Source: a bacterium
Lineage (GTDB): Bacteria > JADJOY01
Assembly: GCA_046331705.1 (NCBI GenBank)
Contig: JAXLQJ010000040.1
Coordinates: forward strand, 50,805-70,804
Length of the DNA: 20,000 nt
Direction of reading: 5' to 3'
In this document: piece by piece, positions 1 to 9,554 of the stretch
How the letters are laid out: each line of letters opens with the position of its first letter
Position numbering within the stretch: position 1 is the stretch's first letter
Position numbers and translations under genes: made by a program
The notes under the pieces: model-generated
Seen by the model: the letters and a program-made list of their open reading frames with translations, nothing else
Databases searched by the model: none
Told to the model about the DNA's origin: nothing

Positions 1-62
1 GGCGGAAGTTCCGCGCGGCGCGGCGACGAGCTACCCTCTTGGATCGCTCGGGAGGGATCGCG

Positions 63-488
63 ATGGCCACCGCTCCTTCGGCTCCGGCTCGACAATTCTT
101 TCTCGCCGACACGCTGCACTGGGTTCCGGCGCAGGGCCTCGAAGGCGTCCAGGAGATCGGCCTGGCGAAGCGCGTGCCCGACGGTCCCGAGGAGATCGTC
201 GGCTACGACAAGGTCATCGAGGGTCAGAACTATCTCTACGCGCAGCGCAAATGCCGCGTGACCAAGGCCTTCAACGACGGCCTCGTCGGCATCACGTACG
301 AGCTCAAGGAAGACTATTGGTGGCGAAACTGCGTTCCCGCCACCGAGCTCAAGCCCATCCCGGAGAAGAAGCCCAAGCGCCCGCCGCCGGCGAAGGCACC
401 TGCGGCACCCAAGCCGCCGGCAGCGCCCGAAGCCGCCGCCGAGCCCGCGGCGGCCCCGCCGCCCCCTTCCGAAGCCAGCTCGACCTGA
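63..488 (+). CDS. Hypothetical protein, small globular domain plus Pro/Ala/Lys-rich C-terminal tail (141 aa)
   Basis: GGAGG at 51-55 precedes ATG at 63. Codons end mostly in G/C and the amino-acid composition is protein-like. No family recognised. Confidence 0.7.
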   Translation: MATAPSAPARQFFLADTLHWVPAQGLEGVQEIGLAKRVPDGPEEIVGYDKVIEGQNYLYAQRKCRVTKAFNDGLVGITYELKEDYWWRNCVPATELKPIPEKKPKRPPPAKAPAAPKPPAAPEAAAEPAAAPPPPSEASST

Positions 489-519
489 GGCGTTGCCGAT
501 CGAACCGCCCGCGCGCAGC

Positions 520-1320
520 TCAGAGCAGCAAGCCGGGAAGCTCCGCGAAGCTCGCGATCTCGAAGTCGGGCTCGGGTAGCTCGGGGTCGAGCACGCGCCC
601 TCGGGCGTTGATCCACGCCACGTCCATCCCCGCTTGCTTGGCGCCGAGGACGTCGGCGTCCGGGGTGTCCCCGACGAAGAGCGCCTCGTCCGCCGCGACT
701 CCCATGCGCGCGAGCGGCTCCTCGAAGAGCGACGGGTGCGGCTTCACCTTGCCGACCGCGTCCGATACCACGATCTCCTCGAAGAACCGCGCGATGTCGA
801 GGCGCGCGAGGATCGCGAGGCACGTCGGCGCGTGATCGAAATTGGAGACCAGCGCCAGCCGATGATTCTCGGCCAGGCGCTCCAACGCGGCGCCGTGCGT
901 CTCGGGCAGCACGGTGCAGCGGGCGAGCAGGCCCATGTGGCAATCGACCAACCGGTCGACGAACTCGGGCTCGCGCACCGGTTCCGGCGCGCCGAGGCGA
1001 TCGAGCACGCGGTCGAACCGCACGCGCGACGAGCGCTCGACGAGATCGGCCTCCTTCTCGGCCTGGATCTCGTTCGACACCTCGACCAGCGCGCGGATGA
1101 AGACCTCGACCGCCGGCGGTTGCCAGCGCTCGACGAGAATCTCGATCAGCGCCGGTGCCGTGCTGGGCACGTAGGAGAAGCCCGGCACCAGCACCCGCGG
1201 CAGCCCGCCGCGATCGAAGGTGACGATGGTCTCGAAGAGATCGCAGAGCACCGCCCGATAGGGGCGGGTCGCGCGAGCGCGGCGACCGAGCCGGGTGGTG
1301 GCGCGCGAGGGGTCGGTCAT
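520..1320 (-). CDS. HAD-superfamily (subfamily IA) hydrolase
   Basis: Motif I-like AVLCDLFET, motif II LVSNFD, motif III K in GKVKPHP, motif IV FVGDTPDADVLGA. The exact start is uncertain. Confidence 0.88.
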   Translation of the reverse strand: MTDPSRATTRLGRRARATRPYRAVLCDLFETIVTFDRGGLPRVLVPGFSYVPSTAPALIEILVERWQPPAVEVFIRALVEVSNEIQAEKEADLVERSSRVRFDRVLDRLGAPEPVREPEFVDRLVDCHMGLLARCTVLPETHGAALERLAENHRLALVSNFDHAPTCLAILARLDIARFFEEIVVSDAVGKVKPHPSLFEEPLARMGVAADEALFVGDTPDADVLGAKQAGMDVAWINARGRVLDPELPEPDFEIASFAELPGLLL

Positions 1321-1387
1321 CGATCCGCAGCCACGCGCGCGCCGACGTGATCGGGGACGCCGCCCGCTCGGTGCGGACGCGTGCCCC

Positions 1388-2497
1388 TCAGCTCTCGCTC
1401 GCCTTGCCGATCGCCTCGCGGAAGCGCTTGCTCACCAGCTCGCGTGCCAGCCTGCACGTGAGCTCGCGATCGGGATGGGTGGCGAGGTAGCCGAGTGGGA
1501 TCTGAAAGCCGCCCTTGTCCTTCAGATTCCCACCGCCGTAGTAGCGGCCGGTGGTCTCGTCCATGCCGAAGGTCTTCTTCAGGAACGAATCGGGATCCAC
1601 CACCTCGCTCGAGGTACGCAGGCTGCCGTCGATGGCTTTGCCGTCGACGATGCCGAACACCAGCACGGTGTCCGTGCCGCCGCGCCGGAGCAGGAAGTCG
1701 GCGGCCTGCGGGATGCCGTCGCGGTCCTCGGCGCGCACGAACCCCACGTCGCTCAGCATGTAGTTGTCGTAGATCTGCTTGTTCTCGAGCGCGCGCCGGA
1801 TCAGCTCCATGATCTCGGGGCTGAGCGCCTGGCGACTGATCTTGCGCAACAGGTCCTTGCTCACCGCCGAATCGAGGAACATCACCGCGGCGAGATCGAA
1901 GCGGGTGGCCTCGATGAGGTTCTGCGTGTCGGTGCGGATGCCGTGGGCGAGCGCGGTGGCGATCTGGACCTGGATCTCGTCCTTGCGGTCGAGCCCCTTG
2001 GGGAAGCGCTGGCGCAGATACGAGGCGTAGATCGACGCCGTGGCGCCGACGTCCTCGCGGATGTCCACGAACTCGGCGGGAACGTCGCTGGTGCGCTTGT
2101 GGTGGTCGACGAACGCCACGAACGCCTTGCCCTTGAGGGCTGGGTCGATCGGGGTGTTCATCTTCTGCGAATCGACCAACGAGTAGCAGGAGAAGGGGGC
2201 GAGATCGAGGTCCTCGCGGTAGAGCGTGAGCTCGATGTCGAGCGTCTTGAGGAGCGCCCGGTTCTCCTGATGGCTCGGGTCGCGGAACGTCAGGATCGTC
2301 GTCTCGATGCCGTGCTCGGCCGCCAGGTAACGGTGCGCCAGGGCCGAGGAGATGCCGTCGGGATCGGGAAAGCCGCTCAAGATCACCAGCATCTTGCTAC
2401 CGGCGTGTCGCTTGAGCGCGACTTGAAGTTGTCGAGCTCGCTCTTCGTCCAAGGTGGTGATGGCTTCGAGCTGGGGCAGAGGCGCGGAGGCTTCCAT
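1388..2497 (-). CDS. DHH-family phosphoesterase (NrnA/nanoRNase/pAp phosphatase-like)
   Basis: PDPDGISS, SHQEN, LVDSQ, FVDHH, GATASI, GIRTDT, GSLRT and YYGGG motifs. Start taken at ATG 2497 (MEASAP). Confidence 0.9.
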   Translation of the reverse strand: MEASAPLPQLEAITTLDEERARQLQVALKRHAGSKMLVILSGFPDPDGISSALAHRYLAAEHGIETTILTFRDPSHQENRALLKTLDIELTLYREDLDLAPFSCYSLVDSQKMNTPIDPALKGKAFVAFVDHHKRTSDVPAEFVDIREDVGATASIYASYLRQRFPKGLDRKDEIQVQIATALAHGIRTDTQNLIEATRFDLAAVMFLDSAVSKDLLRKISRQALSPEIMELIRRALENKQIYDNYMLSDVGFVRAEDRDGIPQAADFLLRRGGTDTVLVFGIVDGKAIDGSLRTSSEVVDPDSFLKKTFGMDETTGRYYGGGNLKDKGGFQIPLGYLATHPDRELTCRLARELVSKRFREAIGKASES

Positions 2498-2722
2498 GGG
2501 AGTCTGGATCTCCGTCCGCTCACCGGGACCTGAGCACTGCCGTCGACCGCTCGCCACCCAACGCTCGCTTCGGCGTCACCGTTGGCGCCTCGTGAACGTG
2601 CGGTCCGGGTTCGCCATGTGAGCTTGGCCGGAAGTCCCGATGATGGCCGGCGAACCACACGCGCGCCTCGCGGCTCGCGCTCGCCGGTTCGGAACCCTCG
2701 GTTGGCGTCCGGGGTGAGGGGC

Positions 2723-2728
2723 AGCATA
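2723..2728 (-). promoter_or_regulatory. Putative sigma70-type -10 element TATGCT upstream of the DHH gene leader
   Basis: TAnnnT hexamer. The same TATGCT lies upstream of fni (3472-3477, +) and the ABC ATPase (19915-19920, -). No clear -35. Confidence 0.35.
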
Positions 2729-2867
2729 CCCGAGCGCCTGGAGACGAGCTAGCCGCATCGCATCTGGCGACGCGACGCGTCACCCGCTCGTCTGGACGGC
2801 TCCCCGGACGCGGTTCGACACCGCGGGCGTCGCCGAGCCGCGGCCGCTCTCGTCGGGGCAGGCGGGC

Positions 2868-3377
2868 TCAGCGCAGACGCTGGATCGCGGTCTGGGCGAC
2901 GGCCCTCAGCTTCCCGTCCGGCGTGGTCTCGCCGGTGATGCCCACGCTCAACCCCACGCGGCCCGACAGGACGCGCAGCTTGTTGAACATGCCGCCTTCC
3001 CAGAACGCCGCGTCGCCGATGCCCGGCACGTCGACGGGCGTGACGTTCATCTGGGTCACCGCCTGCTTCTTCTCGAGGTCGAAGGCGCTGCGAGCGGCGG
3101 CGGCGTCGATGGCGGCGATGACCACCAGGCTCACGCGCTCCATTCCGGTGGCGGCACGATAGGTACAGCTCGTCACGGCGTAGACCGCCGCGCCCTCGAG
3201 GGGATGCTCGGGCTCGCGAACCGGCTTGCCGAGGATTTGCTCGGCCTCGGACTTCGTGACGAGCGCGCAGGCGTCCACCGGCTTGGGCTCGTCGGCGGCT
3301 TGCGCCGCGCGTGTGCCCGCCGCGGCGAGCAGCGTCGCCGAGGCGAGCGCGAGGAATGACCAGGAATGCTTCGCCAT
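2868..3377 (-). CDS. Secreted/periplasmic hypothetical protein (169 aa; loosely DUF3558-like)
   Basis: GGAGG upstream of ATG 3377. Signal peptide MAKHSWSFLALASATLLAAA...AQA. DACALVT..EAEQILG, CTY and VPGIGDAAFW patterns, with two Cys that could form a disulfide. Confidence 0.75.
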   Translation of the reverse strand: MAKHSWSFLALASATLLAAAGTRAAQAADEPKPVDACALVTKSEAEQILGKPVREPEHPLEGAAVYAVTSCTYRAATGMERVSLVVIAAIDAAAARSAFDLEKKQAVTQMNVTPVDVPGIGDAAFWEGGMFNKLRVLSGRVGLSVGITGETTPDGKLRAVAQTAIQRLR

Positions 3378-3471
3378 GACCGCCTCCGCGGGCGCGACGG
3401 GCGAACGATTCGAGCGTGGTGACATCGCACGCTGCCGCACGACTCTCCCTCGGCGCCGACGCGAGACGGTT

Positions 3472-3477
3472 TATGCT
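3472..3477 (+). promoter_or_regulatory. Putative -10 element TATGCT of the fni-mvaA-mvaK1 operon
   Basis: AT-rich TTTATGCTA patch about 40 nt upstream of ATG 3520 in a divergent intergenic region. Confidence 0.4.
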
Positions 3478-3519
3478 ACCGGCCCGCGACCGGCGAGTCG
3501 CAGCGAGCCGAGCGCCACC

Positions 3520-4646
3520 ATGCCCACGCGTCCCACTCGAGCCACCCGCCCCGCGCGATCCACGCGCGCCGCGAGCCGCGCCCAGCGCGGCGCGCCGCCC
3601 ACGCCGCTCACGGCGAGCCGGAAGGACAGTCACATCGAGGTGGTGCTGCGCGAGGACGTGGCGCACAAGACCGTCACGAACGGTTTCGAGCGCTACCGCT
3701 TCGATCACGAGGCGCTGCCCGAGATGGACTTCGCCGACGTCGAGCTCTCGATCGAGCTCTTCGGCAAGCGGCTGGCCGCGCCGCTCGTGATCGGCGCGAT
3801 GACCGGCGGCACCGAGCGCAGCCTGCGAATCAATCGCCATCTCGCGGCGGCGGCGCAGGCCGAACGTGTGGGGCTGGCGTTGGGATCGGCGCGCACCGTG
3901 CTCGAGGATCCGGCTCGCGCGCGAACCTACGCCGTTCGCGACGTCGCGCCCGACGCGCTCGTCTTCGCGAACCTCGGCGCGGTGCAGCTTCGGCTCGGCG
4001 TGACTCCCGACGATTGCCGGCGCCTGGTGGAGCTGCTGGAAGCCGACGCGCTCTTCTTGCACCTCAACCCGTTGCAGGAGGTCGTGCAGCCGGAGGGCGA
4101 CACGACCTTCGGCGGCTTGGCGGGGTGCATCGCCGCCGTGGCGCGAGCGCTGGCGCCCACGCCGGTGCTGGTGAAGGAAGTGGGCTCCGGCATCTCCGCC
4201 GCCACCGCCGCGTTGCTTCGCGACGCCGGCGTCGCGGGGATCGAGGTGGCGGGCGCGGGTGGCACGTCGTGGGCACTGATCGAGAGCCATCGCGGCGGCG
4301 ACCCGGCGAAGGCACGCCTCGGCAAGGTGTTCGCCGATTGGGGAATTCCCACGGCGGAGAGCCTGGTGCACGTGCGGCGCGCCTGCCCCACGCTCCCCAT
4401 CATCGCCTCGGGAGGCATTCGCGACGGGATCGAGTCGGCGAAGGCGCTGGCGCTCGGCGCCGATGCCGTGGCGGCCGCCTATCCCTTCCTCGCCGCCGCC
4501 GAATCCTCGGCCGCGGCGGTCGCCGAGCGGATCCGGCTCTTTCGCGACGAGATCCGCACCGCTTGCTTCCTGACCCGCTCCCGCACCGTCGCCGAGCTGC
4601 GAAAGGCGACGCTGCGGCGGGTGGACGGCACCAACGGGGGCGCGTC

Positions 4647-4650
<4 letters not shown>
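3520..4650 (+). CDS. fni: Type 2 (FMN-dependent) isopentenyl-diphosphate delta-isomerase
   Basis: RKDSHI, ALPEMD, GAMTGG, LGSAR, ANLGAVQ, HLNPLQEVVQPEGD, VKEVGSG, GAGGTSW, WGIPT and ASGGIRDG motifs. Confidence 0.96.
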
Positions 4651-5950
<1,300 letters not shown>

Positions 5951-5954
<4 letters not shown>

Positions 5955-6877
5955 TCGGACGCGGTCGAGCCCCGGGCAAGGTGATCCTCGCGGGCGAGCA
6001 CTTCGTGGTGCACGGCGCCCCCGCGATCGCGCTGCCGGTGCGCGCCGTCTTCAAGGAGATCGAGATCGAGGCGGAGCTCGATCCCTACGACCACTCCCTC
6101 GAGCTCGCGATCGTCGATCCGCATCCCGAGCACGAGACACTGCAGCGGATGCTGGTGCGGCTCCTGGAAGCGCTCTCGATTCCGAGCACCGGCGAGATCC
6201 GAATCACCGTGCGCTCGACGCTGGCGCCAGGCGCCCACCTGGGCTCGAGCGCCGCGCTCGCCGTGGCGCTGGTGCGTGCGGTGCTGGATTTTCGCGGGCT
6301 CGAGTACCCGGACGAGGACGTGGCCGCGCTCGCGTTCGATCTGGAACGCATCGTCCACAAGAACCCGTCGGGGATCGACAACACGGTGGTGGCGCTCGAC
6401 CGGCCGATCTGGTTCAAGAAGGGCGTCGCGCCCGAGACCATCACCTCGACGCTCGAGGCGACGCTCTTGCTCGCGGATACCGGGGTCGCGTCCAGCACTG
6501 CGGAGGTGGTCGCGCGCGTCGGCGAGTTCCGGGTCGAGCGCGGCGAGCGATTCGCGCAGCTGCTCGAAGCCGCCACCGCCACGGCCACGCGACTGCGCGA
6601 GGCGCTCGCGACGGGCGATGCGTCCGCGGCCGGCGCGTGCCTGGACCAGAATCAAGCGCTTCTGGCCGAGGTCGGCGCCAGCTCTCTCGAGCTCGAGGCC
6701 CTCGTCGCCGCCGCGCGCCGGGCCGGCGCCCTCGGCGCCAAGCTCACCGGCGGCGGTGGCGGCGGAAACGCCATCGCGCTTTGCGCGCCAAACCAACGCG
6801 ACGCCGTCCGCGCCGCGCTGGTCGCGGCCGGAGCGGTGAACGTGATCGAGGTGCCCTTCAGCCGTGCAACAGCCTGA
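5951..6877 (+). CDS. mvaK1: Mevalonate kinase (GHMP family)
   Basis: GTGA overlap with the mvaA stop. Motifs PGKVILAGEH, PGAHLGSSAA, HKNPSGIDN, ADTG and GAKLTGGGGGG; operon context. Confidence 0.92.
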
Positions 6878-6963
6878 TCGGTCGCAAGTGCGGCCGGTCT
6901 ACCGGCTCGGACAGCCGCATCGACTCCTCGTCTCGCTGCACGCGATCGCCGGAGTTGCGACGG

Positions 6964-8310
6964 CTACTTCATCGACACCATGTAGGCCGTGAGCTGGTCG
7001 AGCTCTTTCTCGGTGAGCCGCTTGTAGGGCGGCATCGAGGTGTCCTCGTAGAGGCTGTCCGGGTCGCGGATGTACTGGCGGATCCGTTCGGCGGTGCGGT
7101 TCTGCCCGATGAACGAGAGGTCGGGTCCGCTGCCCGCGCCCTCACCGCGCAGCTTGTGGCAGGTGGCGCATTCGTTGTTCTGGTAGAGCTTCTCGCCCGC
7201 GCGCACGTCGGAGTCGAGCATCCAGGCGAGGGTCGACTTGTCCGACGCCACCGCCAGGCCCGTGAGCGCGACGACGCCGAACGCCACGACGAAGCCGCCG
7301 AGCAGGATCCCGGCGCGGCGGCGCGGCTCGCGGCTCGCGCTTCGATCGAGGAACGGCACCAGCGCGACCATCCCCACCAGCACCGCCGGAACCACCAGCG
7401 CCGCCAGCCACTCGAGCGAGCCGGGGAAGAGCTTCTGGATCTGGAACAGGAAGAGGAAGTTCCATTCCGGCCGCGGCAGGAACGAGGTGTCCGACGGATT
7501 CGCGAGGGTGCGGTGCGGGTGGTACTGCCAGGCGGCCGCGGCCACGATCGCCGCCACCAGCAACACGATCGCGATCGCATCCTTCACGACCTGGTGGGGG
7601 AAGAAGCCGGTCGCCTCGCGCGCCGGCGCGGCGCTCGCCGACTTCCAGTGCCCGGCCGGCCCCACCAGACGCAGGAACAACAGGTGGAGCACGATCGCGG
7701 CGCCGACGATCGCCGGCAGCACCATCACGTGGATCGCGAAGAAATGAGTCAGCGTCACGGCGCCGACCTCCGGCCCGCCGCGCATCATTCGCATCACCCA
7801 CTCGCCGATGATGGGAGTGTTTCGCGCCAGCGCGGTCCCGACCTCCGTCGCCCAGTAGCCCTCCTGATCCCACGGCAGCGCGTAGCCGGTGAAGTGGAAC
7901 GCCTGGACCAAGAGCAGCAGCACCACGCCGCTCAGCCACACGACCTCGCGCGGTCGCTTGTAGGCGCCGAACACGAACGCCTGCGCCACGTGCACCAGCA
8001 CCAGACCCACGAGCACGTTGGCGCCGAGATGGTGGACACCGAGCAGCACGCGGCCGAGAGGAATCTCCTTCTCGACGTACTCGAGGGTCGCGAGCGCGTG
8101 GTCCGGCGAAGGCACGTAGTAGGCGGCGATCACGATGCCCGTGATCGCCTGCAGCCCGATCAGCGCCAGGCACATGCTGCCGAACACGTACGACCAGCGA
8201 GCGCCGCCGGGAATCGACTCGTGCAGAAACGCGCCGAGCGCCTTGCGCAGCGGTACGCGCTCTTCGAGCGCATCCAACAAGCCCGTCGTGGGCGAACGTG
8301 TAGCATCCAT
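6964..8310 (-). CDS. qcrB: Cytochrome b of a Rieske/cytochrome b complex, fused to a C-terminal monoheme cytochrome c (448 aa)
   Basis: GAGGAG upstream of ATG 8310. Heme b His pairs (GVHHLGANVLVGLVLVH; AIHVMVLPAIVGAAIVLH), GAYKRPRE, TGYALPWDQ and PEWN. About 7 hydrophobic helices, then CATCH, GPDLS and distal MP. Confidence 0.93.
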   Translation of the reverse strand: MDATRSPTTGLLDALEERVPLRKALGAFLHESIPGGARWSYVFGSMCLALIGLQAITGIVIAAYYVPSPDHALATLEYVEKEIPLGRVLLGVHHLGANVLVGLVLVHVAQAFVFGAYKRPREVVWLSGVVLLLLVQAFHFTGYALPWDQEGYWATEVGTALARNTPIIGEWVMRMMRGGPEVGAVTLTHFFAIHVMVLPAIVGAAIVLHLLFLRLVGPAGHWKSASAAPAREATGFFPHQVVKDAIAIVLLVAAIVAAAAWQYHPHRTLANPSDTSFLPRPEWNFLFLFQIQKLFPGSLEWLAALVVPAVLVGMVALVPFLDRSASREPRRRAGILLGGFVVAFGVVALTGLAVASDKSTLAWMLDSDVRAGEKLYQNNECATCHKLRGEGAGSGPDLSFIGQNRTAERIRQYIRDPDSLYEDTSMPPYKRLTEKELDQLTAYMVSMK

Positions 8311-8347
8311 CTCGATCTCCTCGCGCGAGCGCCGCTCGGTGCGCCGC

Positions 8348-8842
8348 TCAGACGCTGAAGCGCACCTTGAGCCGTCCGTCCTCGACCTTGACCGGCAGCC
8401 GATCCAGGCCCCGCGGCGGCGGCCCGCCCACGACCTTGCCGGCGCGGTCGTACTGACCGCCATGGCAAGGGCACTCGAAGCGCGACGAGCTCTCGTCCCA
8501 CCGGTACGCACAGCCCAGGTGGGTGCAGCGGGCGTTGAAGACCGTCACCTCGTCGCTCGCGTCGCGGACCGCCCACGCCGCTCGGCGCGACGTGGTCTCG
8601 AGCCAGGCGTCCTGCTCCTTCACGGTCGCGACGACTTGCTTCGGCTCGCCCACGGGCAGGTTGTCGACGGCGCACACGTCCACCCACTCGCCCTCCGCAT
8701 CCGGGCGAAAGGCGGGCGCGAGGAGTGGCGTGCCGGCGACCACCGCGGCGGTGGCCGCGTAGGCACCACCGAGGGTGGCCGCGGTGACCGCCAGGAACGT
8801 GCGCCGCGACGATCGGTCGGCGCGCTCGTCGTCGCCGCTCAT
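8348..8842 (-). CDS. qcrA: Rieske [2Fe-2S] subunit of a Rieske/cytochrome b complex
   Basis: Tat motif SRRTFL followed by a hydrophobic helix. CTHLGC and CPCHGGQY boxes, GPPPRGL. Confidence 0.95.
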   Translation of the reverse strand: MSGDDERADRSSRRTFLAVTAATLGGAYAATAAVVAGTPLLAPAFRPDAEGEWVDVCAVDNLPVGEPKQVVATVKEQDAWLETTSRRAAWAVRDASDEVTVFNARCTHLGCAYRWDESSSRFECPCHGGQYDRAGKVVGGPPPRGLDRLPVKVEDGRLKVRFSV

Positions 8843-9207
8843 GGCTTGGCTCCGGTGGCGCAGAAGCTGCGCACCTTGGCGACCAGGTTCTTGATCTCGT
8901 CGTCGCTCAGCGACTTACCCATGGCCGGCATCTCGCTCTTCTTCCCGGCGATGGCCTTGCCGCCCACCTTCACCACCTCGAAGAGCTTGTCGTCGCTCTC
9001 CTTCGCCATCGCGGCGCAGTCGGTGAAGTCGCGGGGCTTCTCCGCGAGGGTCGCGCCCTCCGCGCCGTCGCCCTTCCCTTCCGCGCCGTGGCATTTCTGG
9101 CAGTACTTCTTGAACTGCTTGTCCGCGACCTCGTCCGCGCGGGCGACGCCCGAGGCTGCGATGGCCAGGGCGCCCGCGGCGACCAGTGCTTTGGTCCACG
9201 TCTTCAT
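8839..9207 (-). CDS. Periplasmic class I monoheme cytochrome c (122 aa)
   Basis: GGAGG upstream of ATG 9207. Signal peptide ending ARA. CQKCHGAEGKGDG, PRDFTD and distal MPA. Stop overlaps the Rieske start (ATGA). Confidence 0.92.
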   Translation of the reverse strand: MKTWTKALVAAGALAIAASGVARADEVADKQFKKYCQKCHGAEGKGDGAEGATLAEKPRDFTDCAAMAKESDDKLFEVVKVGGKAIAGKKSEMPAMGKSLSDDEIKNLVAKVRSFCATGAKP

Positions 9208-9230
9208 GTGCAACCTCCCGATGCGCGGCT

Positions 9231-9521
9231 TCAGCGCGCCTTCATGTATTCGAGGATCGCGTCGGCGGTGTGCGCCGGCAGATTCGCGCGCACCCGCATG
9301 TGCATCAGCACCGTGTCCCACTCGTGCGGCGCCCGATCAGACGCGGGGGGTGGGTTGTGGCAGTTCGAGCAGTACTGCCCCCAGGCGTCCATGCCCGTGA
9401 GATAGAGGTCCTTCGAGTCGCCTTCCGACTCGGCGCGGGCAGGAACCGCCGCACCCGCCGACGAGCCCACGACGATCATCAGCGCGAGCGCGCTGCGTCG
9501 AATCATTCCGTTGGTGTTCAT
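9231..9521 (-). CDS. Small exported monoheme cytochrome c (96 aa)
   Basis: GAGGAG upstream. Signal peptide, WGQYCSNCHN heme-binding motif, and EW..VLMHMRVRANL with a candidate distal Met or His ligand. Confidence 0.85.
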   Translation of the reverse strand: MNTNGMIRRSALALMIVVGSSAGAAVPARAESEGDSKDLYLTGMDAWGQYCSNCHNPPPASDRAPHEWDTVLMHMRVRANLPAHTADAILEYMKAR

Positions 9522-9554
9522 GGATGTGCTCTCCTCGCTGGCGCGATCGCGCGC

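Noticed and set aside
2500-2760. Known RNA families (SRP, c-di-AMP ydaO, cobalamin riboswitch, 6S) in the DHH leader
   Set aside because: Only fragments match, for example TCAGGTCC without GGAAGGAAGCAGC. The full consensus elements are absent.
3520-3615. Arg/Thr/Pro-rich N-terminus of Fni as a Tat or targeting signal
   Set aside because: There is no twin-arginine consensus or hydrophobic core, so it is most likely a disordered extension.
6881-6961. GTCGCAA/TTGCGAC inverted repeat bounding the mvaK1-cytochrome b gap, as a mobile-element end or terminator
   Set aside because: Only 7 bp with a long loop and no U-tract, and no matching copy was seen at the other end of the block.
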